From Phoronis australis (Eukaryota; Animalia; Phoronida), in contig NMRA01000215.1 of assembly GCA_002633005.1 (NCBI GenBank), positions 412,852 through 476,851 of the forward strand: a stretch of 64,000 nucleotides of DNA. The letters run 5' to 3'. The stretch's first letter is position 1; the number at the start of each line of letters is the position of its first letter. Position numbers and translations under genes: made by a program. A model generated the notes under the pieces. It did no database searches. It was not told the DNA's origin and saw only the letters and a list, made by a program, of their open reading frames with translations. Positions 51,601 through 64,000 of the stretch are shown here, in pieces.

Positions 51601-54600
51601 TTAAGTACTAACCTCAATTGACTGTTTCCAATAAGAAAAGGTATTTGGGAAAGGAATAATTTAGGTACAACTTAATAGTAAGTTCAAGGGAACGCTGCTG
51701 TGAGTGGAGTCATCCTTTCAACAAATATTTTTTCAACAAATATTTTATTTTCAATATTGTTGTAGCTTTGCACTCACAATCCACACATATTTCTATGCAG
51801 TGTATATATTGTAGAAACTCAATGACAGTTTCAGTTTTTATGCTGCTCATCATCAACTTGTTGCTAGTACCTTGTTAGCCAACTATTTATCATTCAACCA
51901 AGAACCGGGTAACCCTACTATACCACCACGAACTTTCCCCACAGCGCAAAAGCAAGGCCATGATATCCAAAATCCTAACAGCGTTTTTGAGATGAATAAA
52001 TATTAGTTTGGAAAGTTTCAGCAAAGTCCACTAAGTCATTTTCAAGAACTCATGTTCCTAAGTTCAAATTAAGTCGATATGCTGAAGCCTAGAAAAAGCT
52101 GATTAATTTGAGCAACATGAAAATCTCAAGGTCTTTGTTTAATTATTGGGTGAAAATTTGTTTTTCTGTCAATATAACCTATATACGCCTTAATCATGTT
52201 CGTTATTTCAACATCCACATGCAATGTCAATTGAATTTGTAGTGCGTAATTAACTTAATTATCGCTAAAACGTTTTAATTTTGTGACCATCTCCAGTCCG
52301 ACTGGGAGGCTCAACGGTTCAGTGTTATACACACCACGTGCTGGGGGACTGATATGAAACCAAGTATGAGATGGACAATAGAAATGGAGTATGTGGTTAA
52401 AGCGCACCATGAGTGCGAGAGTGAAATGTCAAATTACCTAATCTCATTAACGAATTTGGGTTAGGATTTTATCTCTTCACAAATTGCTGTGTTCATGAAC
52501 ACAAAGTCACAAAGCATGCGGCGACTCGATGCATACGTTTTGAACGGTCGTATGCTTGCAGACGCACAACTCCCTCAGGATCGAACCTGTGTTTTGTCTT
52601 CGTTTTCGCCAGTATCTTTCTATCATGTACACCTCGTTGACTCAATATTATGATGACTTGGTGAATGAAAGGACAAAGGGTACACACAGAACTGCTCTGT
52701 GCCTGGTGGGTGATTCGATTTGAGTGACAGCCCGCTAACCTTTGACCTCGGATAAATAGAAAAAAATTTCTATGCAGTTGTGTGGTTCCTTAGTGATTCT
52801 GCTAAATCTTTTTTCTTGCTACATGGTATATATTTTGCATTAGATGTTTTTTGTATTAGAAGTTCCCCAAGAATGAAGGTAAGATGTTTTGCTAGACATA
52901 TGCGAAATATTGTAAAAACGGCCAATTTTTGTGAATATGGTTTGAGCTGTTCTTAAGTATGACTCAGAATTCCTTGTCGTGACGGCTGGGCAGAAGTCGA
53001 ATTCATTCTCATTTGCTCATGACTAAGAATTAAAAGAAGTTATAAGAGCCTGAGGAAAGTGGTTCAGGTGGCTAAGTCATTCTGCACTTAGATCTTTGCT
53101 CTCATAACGATTACCAGTCACTTTTGATGTTAACAAAGTTGGCTGTCATGATGTGAAATGATGTTTTGTCTGATTACTTTAGTAATGCACTGTATGTTAT
53201 CGTTTTAGGAGATGACTTTCCATCTGCTATGGCACTTTTAGATGCTGTCATGAAAATTGAAGAAGGCGTTGATGAAACTTCTTCACCCAAAGATAGCTTA
53301 AGTGGTAGTGCAGCCACATCCGAGCCAACAAAACCCCCAGCCTTGCCACAAACTGCAAAGCCAATCACACAGATCTTGGTGAGGACCAGCAAGCCTGATA
53401 CCTCACCACAAACCCAGACTCCACCACAACCACCACCGACGTTAGCCACGCCTCCCGCAACTGCGATTCTACCACTGATACAGACAGGTGTGCCATCTGG
53501 TGGTGCAACAGGAAACGTACAGAACATTGTGGGACCCCTGCTGTCTGGGGCGAGTGATGGTGAGACATTGTTTCATTTCCATTGAGAATTGTGATGGTTA
53601 AAAATAAACAACAGTTCCACAGACTAGGTAGTGTGATGCAGTTGGTCAAAAAAGCAGTATGCAGGTGTCATTATTGTCTATTATTACTACAATCATTACC
53701 ACTACCCCTACTGTTTTGTTTTTTGTGTTTTGGGCGTTGCCTTGTGGTTCGTGTTTCATATCGTGTTCTGTTTTGGTTCGTGTTTTGTTTCGTTTGGCAT
53801 TTTGTTTAGTTTCATTTGGTGTTTTGTTTCGTTTGGTATTTTGTTTCGTTTCGTGTTTTGTTTAGTTTCATTCAGTTATTTTGACAAAACTACTACTAAC
53901 AATCATTCTGCCATACTGATCATTCCGTTACAGATCCACATGATAAGTTCAAGGCACTCAGTTCAACAACCTCGGGCAAACTGAACACAGGCTCTGCCAT
54001 AAGTTCGGAATATGGTGAGTTCTTAAAATTTTGTTCATGCTCTTTTATTTGTTGTATTTTATTTTCAAAAAATTACTTTAGGTGTTGACAACTAGCGACA
54101 TCTATTGTGATCTTTCTCTTGGTAAAGTATGAAGGACATCAACAGTTGGATTCTTGTGAGACATATTTTGAAATGATCTTAATCAGCTTTTCATTTCCAT
54201 TGTGAAACATGGTTCTTGTTGACTTTCCGCTTAAAATAAGGAAAAATTGATTATTTTAGTGTGCTGTGAAAGTTGTCCGCCACAGGGCATCAGAAGAAAT
54301 GCCAAAAATATTTAGTGGCACAGACATCTCAATTTCGACCAATCAGAATGATGGAGTACCGTTAGGTTCATGTCTTTATCCAATTAATAATTGTGAGCTA
54401 TTTTCAATTTCCAGTCAATGAGAATGTTGAAACATTGTCAGATTCATTGGTCCACTGAGCTAATCAGTGTTTACAATCAATCAGAATGATGAAACACCAG
54501 CACGATTCATATTGCTATCCAAAGTGGAGTTGTGAGCTAATCTTTGTGGCTGTTAAATCGCAACTTTCACCAAAACAGTGCAAAGTATAACTAGACCTCC

Positions 54601-54854
54601 AATGCTTTAAGCTGTACTGAAGGTCTGAGGCAATGTTCATGGGGCTTTCTCTTGTAGAGTCTTCAGTTCTGGAAGAGGAGAATCGCCACTTGAAGGAACA
54701 GCGCCAGTGCAAGATTTGTATGGATAATGAGGTCAACGTGGTGTTCCTGCCGTGTGGTCACCTGGTATGCTGCCAAGAGTGTGGTTTGGCACTCAGGACC
54801 TGTCCTATCTGTCGCACAGGCATCAGAGGCACTGTGAAAACCTTTATGTCATAA
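42670..54854 (+). CDS. Inhibitor of apoptosis protein, cIAP/DIAP2-like (3 BIR, UBA, RING). Exons 42670-43058 (ATG 42687), 44461-45226, 46004-46285, 46794-46952, 48379-48554, 49262-49325, 50757-50915, 53209-53559, 53934-54014, 54658-54854
   Basis: All junctions are GT-AG and phase-consistent, summing to 2607 nt (868 aa plus stop). BIR2 CAFC...[12 protein letters not shown]3 [12 protein letters not shown]...[12 protein letters not shown] (VLELGH...[14 protein letters not shown]), [27 protein letters not shown]......CPICR. An alternative acceptor at 50769 keeps the frame. Confidence 0.92.
47470..47644. mobile_element. MITE, deletion derivative of the 20564-22655 family
   Basis: TTGACCTATC...GATTGGTCAA ends; interior AAAATGGCGGCTTGGAAACG is the inverse of 20640-20662. 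Confidence 0.7.
49934..50044. mobile_element. Hairpin MITE (about 44-bp TIRs, GGG...CCC ends)
   Basis: GGGCAATAGTCTGATATAACGTGC..ATTTTGAGAACCAGTT pairs with AACTGGTTCTCAAAAT..GCACGTTATATCAGACCATTACCC. Confidence 0.75.
53711..53875. repeat. Degenerate GTTTT/GTTTC pentanucleotide microsatellite (intronic)
   Basis: Visible low-complexity tract. Confidence 0.85.
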
Positions 54855-56215
54855 AGTGTATTGTTAATGTGTGTTGCTATATACTACTGTCATATCCTAT
54901 TCGAATCTGGCAATGTCCCAACTGAGGGAAGCAGTTACTGTAGTATTCCTGGGTACATGTATGTGGGAATAACCTATTTATAACATATATATGAACTTAT
55001 GTGATCATTGCGGCTATATGTTGTTGCTGTGTACTTGAGCTTGTGGCTATATAATGTCATATATGTGGTTTATACCTTACCGGCGACAGGTGTGTGCGAG
55101 TGTTTAATAACCTGGGTTGAGTTCAGTAACACTAGGACTTTATTTTAAGTGTGACTGGTGATTTTGGCTAGATTTTAGCGAGGCCCTTGCGTTAATGAAC
55201 TCTACCCAGGAATGTTTTATTTCAACAAAAAATGGCGAGAATTTTGAATTTGAGATGTATGCAAGTTAAAATATGGAAACATTTAATAATTTTAAAAGTT
55301 TGTCGGAAACTTTGAAAAAAAATCCATCCGGTAATATTAAGATTGGAACATTCACTGTACAGCTGTTTACACGCGGAATTTGAGGTAAGGACTATATCGC
55401 AAAATCAGTTAGGCTACCAGCAAGGGAGAGTTGAGTAATGCTTCGAATGAATAATTGTCAGTAAACCACCCGTACTACATATAATTCGCATTTTACTTTA
55501 CTCACTGTAGTTCTAAGTATAGCTATACTGTGTGCATTAATAACAATGTGTTTTAATTGGATTTGGATTAGATTCGGTCTTGGCAGATTTTGTTAGCTGT
55601 TAGGCTATTAAGCTTTTGCTGGTATATTTTGCTTAAGTAAAGTTAAAAGCATTGAAATTGATATTATTAGTCAGGTAATATGGAACAACAGAAATATTTT
55701 GGTTGATGGCAAATCTGTGTTTTTCAGTAGGCTCTACAAGACTGGCATAGTTTATGTATAAGATATATTAGATGTTCAAAACAAGTTTTTGTCTTGGGAA
55801 GTTACGAAACAAAGATACAAATTATCTAGTTGGTTACAATACTAGGCTTTGATGAAGGCACTTAAGTTACCTAATAGAATGAACACTTCCAAGACAAATT
55901 CAATGAACCACTTTCAGTACAGCCAGATTAATACACAATCACTTACTTTTGAAAAAAAAATTATAATCCTTGAATCATTATATCAAAGTTAGAAGAAAGC
56001 TGATCATCAGTTTTGAAAAACTCCTGAATATCACCTTTTGTGAAGTTATGGGAAGCACTCAGTACTTAGACATATATTTACTGGCACATGTATAATTTTG
56101 GAAGTAACAGGTACATTTAGAGTGCCCGGGTGTATGAATGGTGTGTTAATGTTGTACCTTTCCATTGCTAGATAGTTATTAGTTAGCATTTGCTGTTACT
56201 TTCCTTCCTTTGAGA

Positions 56216-56221
56216 AATAAA
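56216..56221 (+). terminator. Candidate polyadenylation signal of the IAP gene
   Basis: AATAAA about 1.36 kb after the stop, followed by T/GT-rich sequence. Confidence 0.45.
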
Positions 56222-56302
56222 ATATTTACTTATTCAAAAAAGCATTGATGTAATGGTTTACTTTCTTGACTTATTATTTATGTTTCTGTTCCTGGGGTGT
56301 AT

Positions 56303-56610
56303 GCCTTGTCGTGGCGGAACAGCTTGTGTATCTCCGTGACCTTTAGAGCTTTACCCGCGGGAGTTTAAAACTCCTGGCAGTGCTACCCATGCCGGGCAGG
56401 TCGAAAGGTAGAGATCAGACGAAATTCACCCCAAACACTCCCTAGGGTCACACTAGGGTTGGGCGTAAGGCCAAATCCCTTACTCTTTAAAACATTGCTC
56501 CTGTAACCTACGAGAAGGACAACTCTTACATCAAAACCTGGGCGGACTGGGCTCATCAGCCAAAGAAGGCAACCAGTCTAGGAGAAGGCCACTCCGAAAT
56601 ATAACCATGT
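56303..56610 (+). mobile_element. 5' end of an RTE-clade LINE (or derived SINE)
   Basis: GCCTTGTCGTGGCGG..GCTTGTGT...AGAGCT...GCAGGTC..AG..GAG..CAGAC.AA and GGCAACCAGTCTAGGAGAAGG resemble RTE/BovB-type 5' UTRs as I recall them. Confidence 0.6.
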
Positions 56611-59099
56611 GCTGCCACGAAGACGGAGCATGACGGCTAATGACAGCGGGCAGACCTTCTGTACCTGTATCACCTTCCCTGCAGAAGAGAACCAGACGTG
56701 CACGCATTTTGCCCATCATGGCCATTTGTGTTTAATGTGTTGTCATTGATTTGTGTAGCAATAAAAAATATCTTGACCTATTTACGATGACCCACTGATC
56801 GAAACTATCGAGGCCTAAAAATACCAGCCTGATCACCGTGCATCGGAAATTTCATCGTTGAATCTTTGCTGTTAGAGCCGGTAAAACTTCGTCAGGAAGA
56901 CGCCTTGGATCAGTGTTTTAGGTAACACAAATGAATCGATCCCAATCAAATTTGGCGTTGTACACGCGAATTTACTCCACCAGAAGACTGCACACCAACC
57001 GTGAACACGGGGCTTGTACCGTTGTATGCTGCCTCCACCCATATATAAGCATTGGTTCTACTTACCTGTATTTCACAGGTAAAGATGCGACGTATACAGT
57101 AGCCCTATTTTCACATATATTGGATAATAAATGGTAATCACTTTCATGCGGCCACTGATGTGTTGTATCGCAGGTGTTTGATGGTGAATACTGAAAACAT
57201 GGAATGGCTCGCTTTTAGGATAAGTGCAGATGAAGAGCTGTGCGCCTGGAATGCAAATTACCTCAGCTTGTTGTTGACGTTTGCGGCAAAATAAACTTTT
57301 GAGCAGTTTGAGTCGTGAGGTGGCGACTGAGTCTAATGTCTCATTTGATGGCTTTCTTTTATCTGTCTGGTGTTAATCTTTACAGCATGCGGGCGAGGTG
57401 AGCTAAGTCGTTAGTCATTTACCTTTGACAGAGATCAATCGAGGGCGAGGGTGCAGCTTGCAGCTTCTTGTCTTCGTTCGCCCGAAAACGTCAATGAGCA
57501 TTTTGCTTGCAGTGGTCAAGTAACCTCCACCGAACTAAGGAGTTGAGCAGCAGATCGCTTGAAGACGACAGCTCAGCCGGAAGCTTCTCTTCTGCGCTGG
57601 TCAACGAAAGGGATTTTTGGATCAGTAAATTGGGTTGTCTATGAACTTTCTGACATTAAATATACCATTTTTTGATTTCCTGGCTAAAACTGTCATTTCT
57701 TTGCTGGTTGTGTTAATCATTTAAATTTGTGTTTCGTAGTGTGTAGCTATGGATACTAAGGTATTACTTTTGCTTCAATGAATGGAAAAGAAAACTAAGT
57801 ATTCTTTTCATTCTATTCATGACCTGCAAAAACTAAAAAGCAGTAACAATTTCACACGCAATGCGCTAAATGATAGAAGTGAATAAGGAAGGAAACGCCG
57901 TCTGGAGGTGTCCTTGATTCGCGGGCAGAGGCTTTAAATTCTCCGGTCGTCTACTGCTACCTGATTCGGTTGTTATTACTGGCCATACAAGTCCAAGATC
58001 GTTTACGCAGAGATGCTGAACATCGACAAGTGCACCGCGATGCAGTGATGTAACCATGCAGTAGGCCTGCGTAGAATATCACTTACCCACGGAAGCTCAA
58101 TTTGAATTCCAGACGTTGAAGTGTGTACATTTTTGGGACACACTCCGTATCATTTCCCCCAGCAACCAGAAACTGGAGTACCGGCTGTGTTTCATCTAGG
58201 GATTCTGAAACGGCCACAAAGACATTCATACCAGTGACCTCGGGACCTCACCTTTCCAAAAATTATTTCAAAGACGCCATAATAAAATGAAGTTTTCCCG
58301 AAACTGGATCATAAAACAAACCTTGACCTTTGACCCAGAGCAGAGGAATAGTTGCGAATACACTGTTGGAGCCCAGTTATAGTTACTCCAGGCAGCTTAC
58401 AACTACCCGTCAGTACGCTGGCTCTAGACCCATTCTTACTCTCCGTGAAACTTTGTTGGTTCACGGTTACTCAAATCCTGATGGCTGCATCCCCTGTATT
58501 ACCCCCACCTATGGCAGACGTGGGGGGCTCAGTACAAATATGGTGATAACCAGAGAACGAGTGGGGGGGGGTGGCGATAACAAGGGGGCAGATTGGCGAA
58601 GTCGAATTGGCTTGTACCCCCCAATAATTTTTTCCTTCCTGCGGGCCTAAAATGGACATAAAAATGGTGAAAATTAACGCAAAAATCTAGCTCGCCTGCT
58701 TCCACGACCTCCCGCGTTTGGCCAGACAAAACAAAATGTTGGACGAATACGTTAGACACTGGCGGCCCTCCCCTCCCAAATTAAAATTATACTAATTTCG
58801 CCCCTGATTGCCGACATCTCTGTCTGGGCGGCAGCGTCTTGGTTCCTCCGTTATATATAGTGACGTGTCTGTCCAGCCTTCACCACCGAAGTACGATCGG
58901 CTAAGACTGACCCTGTGCACCCTGGTGGCAACTTTAATATTTTATGTTTTGTTCATTATCTCCGGAATTGCTTGCCAGATTTTCATGAAATTTGGCATAT
59001 TGTTTTTTGTTAAGGGGACAATGGTACCTTCTTATTTTCGGTCGGACTCAGTCGACGTTATCTGTGCCACCTAGCGTTCGCTGCAATTCATAGATTTAA

Positions 59100-59560
59100 C
59101 GGAAGCGTTGACTTCATCAGCGTCTGAGAACGCTACGTAACTTTTTGGTCACTCCACGAATGTATGGGATCCCAACAGTTATTCTAGGTCCGTCGTCATT
59201 ATTACTGGTAGGGTTGCGTTTCCGACGAAGTTTCATGCCCATGGCTCATAGTTGTTAGCCTTCAAAGCACGGCGGTGTACTGGGGTATCTATGTGTTGGA
59301 GTTCACTCTTCCTATCCTTGTCAGTGGTGTATATTTCTGTATGGTTCAGTAACGTGCACAAAAGGCTGTTGAACAGGGTGGTTGGACTTGAAGTTCAAAT
59401 ATTGCTCTGTGTGGGTGGTTTCTGGTAAACCGTGATCGAGCCATCGTCTTCTACATGCACGCGCGTGTCTAAGAATGGTAATCGACGTTCCATGGTGAAT
59501 AGCATGTTTTCATGTACGCTGTTAATGCAACTAGCGAAGGTGTCAATGTCATACTCATGG
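59100..59560 (-). mobile_element. Decayed Penelope-like fragment
   Basis: Minus strand RLPFLDTRVHVEDDGS-ITVYQKP / HTEQYLNFKSNHP (PLE RT thumb) and a remnant CTGATGAAGTC near 59110-59120. Confidence 0.7.
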
Positions 59561-59813
59561 AGTATATATGCTTATATAAAACTGAAACAAAGTCTGTCTA
59601 ATTAGATACAATTTGTAATGCCTTTGCAGTATTCGTGAGTGCAAATGTTGAGAAGCTAGCAATGAATAAACCACTGCGTTATCGGCTTTTGATGCCGGCA
59701 ACAACTAAGGTAATTGATCGGGCACCGAGGCCGTGTGAGCCGGCATGCTAATTCAGTGTTTGTTGACAGAAAGCTGTTGTGAAACAATTACTCGAATTTA
59801 TATGCTATGGTCA

Positions 59814-60774
59814 CATAGGCGGATTTAGGGGGGGCCGCTCCCCCCCCCTTGGTTGCCGCAAAAAATAAAACAGTAAGAGCGTAGGGAAATGTTGAGTTTA
59901 TTAATTAATCACGGTAATTAGAATTATACGGATGAAAAAAGATTTAAATGTATGCAGTTTTAGTGTTGGGGGGAGGGGGGCTCAAATCCAATTTCAAGTG
60001 TCAAATTCGGAACACGGCGCATTCGTAACGGGACTATGGCTAAGTATAGGCTCTCCCACGATATCCCAGGCGACCGGCAGTGGCGCTGCGCACAACAACT
60101 CAGTTTCCGTCGTCTGCTCCACTATGAAAATGAAGAAAATTTACTTCATTTGTTAAAGAAAATCGAACCTGAGTGACGATGAAAAACCAGAAGCTGCTGG
60201 TAAGATGTGAATTTTAATCGAAGCCTTAGTGAATCACTCGCAGTACTCTCTTTGTCAAACCTTATGTTAAGACGATTTCCAAAGCAATTCCGTCATTATT
60301 GCCAACACGAAAAACGGATTTTGTCTTTTGGGCATTTGAAGACTATTTTAAATACGACAAACTTGTTAAGAATCGATGGCACAAAACGTGTAATAAGCAT
60401 TATAAAAAAGTAGGTTTCGCGCGCAAATGCTGTGGACCATAAACAAGTAGGTCTCTTTGTATGTGATTTATAGTTAAATCGTGGTGGTGTAGTGCTAACG
60501 CACGCGCGCACTATGCGCAGGGTCGTGAGTTCGAGTCTTTGATACCTGCAGTTTTTTCTGTTTGACACGTTCTCCGTGTGTTTTTTTTTTGCCTTTTTGT
60601 CTCGGATAATACTTCAGGAATCAAGGAAAATGATTGATTTTTAGAGGTAAAAACAGAAAAATTTCCTCCCCCCATTCGGTGCTATGCGCATCTACAATCG
60701 TGGTTCGGTTTGCGTAAATGTTTACAGCCGGACAAAATGTTGCCCCCCCTTGTGATATCCTAGATCCGCCACTA
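59814..60774. mobile_element. hAT-like MITE ends enclosing other repeats
   Basis: CATAGGCGGATTTAGG at 59814 and CCTAGATCCGCCACTA near 60774; pairing of the two ends is not proven. Confidence 0.45.
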
Positions 60775-61119
60775 AACCCGTACGTGCTGTGAACTGCTGA
60801 ACGGACTGCGTGTGAAACCAATTACGTCATTGGATAATTTCAATACCTCCGTTTGCCGTCAGGTGTCAGGTAACGCAACCAAACGTGCCGTTATCGAGTA
60901 GAACTACTCGATCTAAATTGATACCAAATGGGTTGTTTTTTCGGTGGCATGCTCCTTTAGGTGCACTTAATTACTATACATCTGGTTTCGAAGTGTGGAA
61001 TTCCCCGTGGAAACGAGTCATGCCCATGTGTTGTTAGATACGTGACTCGTTGTCGCTTAGCCTAACTTCGGGGGTACCATTCAGACATAGGCACAAGCAT
61101 CGCATCTTACCCACAAACC

Positions 61120-61515
61120 ACCTACGAACCTATGAATCATCCATACGAACCCAGGAATGATGCATAGAACCAAAAAATCACGCATACGAACAAAACTCAT
61201 GCGCACGAACCGCAAAAATCATACATACGAACACGAAATCATATACACGAGCATCGAATCACAGAGGAGGCAGTGTGGCCTGGTTGATAAGTGGCCGCGC
61301 TCTGTTTACTGAGGTCGTGGGTACGAGTCCCACCATGAGCCAGGTTGCTAACTCCTCAGCTCGGTTTTAACCAATAAAGCACAAACATATTTCCAGGTGA
61401 TCAGTGCAATGGGCCCACATGTGAAGCCTGCACACGTCAGGTACATCGTGTAGCAGACCGCCTGCAATTATTTTTATATATATTTTTTATCGAATCATAT
61501 GCACGAACACTTGAT
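61120..61515 (+). repeat. Degenerate minisatellite (ATCA..CATACGAAC units)
   Basis: About 7 imperfect units, interrupted by a SINE. Confidence 0.7.
61262..61488 (+). mobile_element. tRNA-derived SINE
   Basis: A-box TGGCCTGGTTG, B-box GGTACGAGTCC, AT-rich tail, and 9-bp direct repeat ATCGAATCA at 61253-61261 and 61489-61497. Confidence 0.75.
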
Positions 61516-62586
61516 TGTGCGTATGATTTATGTTCTTATGTGTAATTTTTGTGGCTGAAACACGATGGAAACGAGTTTGATGTAGTTGCCTCCCACACCG
61601 GAGAACAAATGATAGGTAACTGACGGAATCTTGATGAAATTACATTTAAGTTCTACTCAACATCATTTGGACGATTATTTCATTTCGGGAAAAATCATAT
61701 ATTGCGCGTTGCTTGAGGTCGTTTCATAGAGATTTTTTGGGCTTTCAGCCTGCATCTAGGCTCATTAATGTATCCTCAATTTCTCTCAAAATTAGCTTCT
61801 AAGTTGTACCAAAAATCTTTCATGAATCTGTAGATAAATGCAAGTACCTCAGAAACCAATGAACCCTTGTACTAATTCAAAAGAAAACCTTGACATGCTA
61901 GACCGCCAGGTGGCAACAAAATATGTATTACCTATAGGCACATCCGTTGAGGTTAACTGCGGGTTGTTGAGTTATGGGAGGCTGAGCACGTGCCCCCATT
62001 TATTCACAAGTGCCGGAGATAAACCGTAGGGTAGTGCCTGGGGACAGTCGAAAAAACATCGAAACAATTAAGGAGACGAGATCAAATTCAAGAGAACATT
62101 TTTGTTAACTACACTATACCAGTGCTTTATTTACCCTTTGAGGGACCTGGCCAGGACATTGCTGTTTGAGGTAACCATTTTTACTGCATAAACGCACTTG
62201 AAACCGCGCAATTAATCATTCATACATGCAATTTGAAAAAGTTTGTAAAATTTCTATAGCAGAGCTTTTGCAGAGCCTATTAATTCACAGGATTTTTAAA
62301 TTCACCAAGACTGGCAATTTTAGGGATTGTAATGATACATATCTCCGGGGACTGCTTTATGGCAAGGTATAATGAAGTCATCTATCGTTGTTTTTTTGTC
62401 GAAATTGTATATCACTGGAAGAAACTTGATAACAAGACAGATAGATTCAAGTGTTACTCATTTCCGATTTTTTGAAATGATAGAAACCCTTTCATACTTT
62501 GTGACCCTGTCCTTAGATGGGGCCTCATGATGGCATCCATGCTGCCTCTGTGTTTTGTATTAATAACTTCTTAAGGGGCTGCTCAC

Positions 62587-62648
62587 AGAGAGAAGGAGGG
62601 AGGGAGGGAGAGGGAGGGGGGGAAAGTGGGAGGGAGAGAGAGAGAGAG
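62587..62648. repeat. GA-rich simple repeat
   Basis: Polypurine (GGGA)n/(GA)n tract. Confidence 0.85.
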
Positions 62649-63781
62649 CCCTATGGTGTGATTTCGCACAACATTTAAACTTACCTTAAGGAAGGTTACT
62701 TCTCGGAGGCCACACAGTCTGTTTTTAATGATAGCCTTTCATATTAAGGCACTCCCTATCAGACTGGGTTCTCTCTTTCCCGTGTGAATCCGTCACTATG
62801 AGCTATTCACGAAAAGAAGTAGGCCTACTCGGGCAAAATTACACATTTGCCGAGGAAGTCAAAGAAGATATGCTCATTTGAAGCATACGAGTATCAAGAC
62901 ATGCGACCCAAACAACCCGATAATGTGAGATTGTATTAACAATAGCATCGACCGCCATCAGAAAGAAGTTTGGAGAGGCTAAGGTTATGAAGGACACTAG
63001 AAAATGCTCAAATGCGACTAACTTTATAACATCATACCTTTGAAATGGTAAATCGGATTCCCAAGAATGGTTCAGATACTGCGCTGTATGTACTGTTCTC
63101 CAATATGAAAGATTATATCAAAATAAAGGAAAAGAGTGAATGTCAAATAGTTTTTGCTTTCAGTAAAAACCGTTTTCTTAAATTTTAAAAATTGTCAACC
63201 ACTTCAATCTGTGAATAAAGGTTTTTTCGTTGGTTGAGTGTACGTTTTCAAGTCGTTTGGACGATCTAGACTGCAAAAATTGGGACACCCCTAACAAAAT
63301 GTCATGGCTAGGCCGGCCCGGCCCCGCCTGAGGATAATACTACTTGACAAATGTTCCGTTATTTTTTCCTGCATTTTCGCTGTTCATTTGTCTTCTCGTA
63401 TGACCCCAGCTTTGCTTCAATGCCGGTCGCCACGGATTCCCCTTGAGTTGACGCCTGCAAATTCTAATAACGTTATCGCCAGTAACAGACGTGTGATTGT
63501 ATTTTAACGGAAGAATCCTTTAGTTTGTTTTAAATAAGCTACTTCTGCAAAGCTATTCCTTGAAGATAAAGTTTCTGTACGTGACATTCAACAGTAAGGT
63601 GACTTTTTCTGGAGCGCGCGTCAGGTAAATTCTCATCCTTAACAGTTCCCAGAATTACCTCTTCGGTAACCAAGCCTGAAGTCGGGTCACTCCGAACAAC
63701 CAAACTGCGTCAATGAGCGGAAGATATAGGTCAAAGTGTACACCTACGTGATGGCGTGATTTGATGAATTGCGACCCAAGT

Positions 63782-63789
63782 TATAAATA
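63782..63789 (+). promoter_or_regulatory. TATA box of the amylase-like gene
   Basis: TATAAATA 40 nt upstream of ATG 63822. Confidence 0.55.
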
Positions 63790-63821
63790 CCCTTCAAATG
63801 ATAATCGAAAAGTTAATGAAC

Positions 63822-63917
63822 ATGTCTGTAAAGTGGATAATCTTACTTTTGGGATTACTAGCGGTGTTAGCTGATGCGAGAACAGCAAAGGAATGGCAGA
63901 AGCGAATTTTGTATCAG
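63822..63917 (+). CDS. First coding exon of a secreted GH13_1 (fungal/Dictyostelium-type) alpha-amylase
   Basis: MSVKWIILLLGLLAVLADA-RTAKEWQKRILYQ then GTGAGA donor: signal peptide plus the A.EW..R.IYQ motif that precedes LLTDRF in Taka-type amylases. Not in the ORF track (too short). Confidence 0.72.
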
Positions 63918-64000
63918 GTGAGAACCATGAAGTGAGCAGTATACATCGGTAATGTGCACATATAGTGTAAATAGTCAGTGACTTGCCGCTGAGACAAATT

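Noticed and set aside
53582-53984. Hydrophobic Phe/Val/Cys-rich ORFs as membrane proteins
   Set aside because: They are translations of an intronic GTTTT microsatellite.
60478-60560. tRNA gene
   Set aside because: A- and B-box-like motifs are present but I could not form a cloverleaf or acceptor stem; more likely a repeat-derived tRNA-like head.

Overview
Eukaryotic (metazoan, probably marine invertebrate; the taxon is my inference) genomic DNA, rich in transposons and spliceosomal introns. The main gene is a + strand multi-exon inhibitor-of-apoptosis gene (unassigned N-terminal region, 3 BIR, UBA, Pro/Thr linker, RING; about 868 aa from ATG 42687 to stop 54854). Its first two large coding exons are tandemly duplicated (38319-41452 and 42643-45786) as a phase-compatible module, and a chain of candidate micro-exons lies upstream. 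Also present: a full-length young Ty3/Gypsy element (1409-5982, 177-bp LTRs, 5-bp TSD, tRNA-Leu PBS), a hAT transposase fragment, a foldback-like repeat element hit twice by the same MITE, a decayed BEL/Pao element, three Penelope-like fragments (one with a mutated hammerhead ribozyme), a Sola2-like transposase remnant, Helentron-like elements, an RTE 5' end, a tRNA-derived SINE, an orphan single-pass membrane gene and the first exon of a fungal/Dictyostelium-type (GH13_1) alpha-amylase at the right edge. I found no clear-cut new molecular system. The best leads are the modular IAP architecture and its possible splice options. All exon models were read by eye from splice signals and reading phase and need RNA-seq confirmation.
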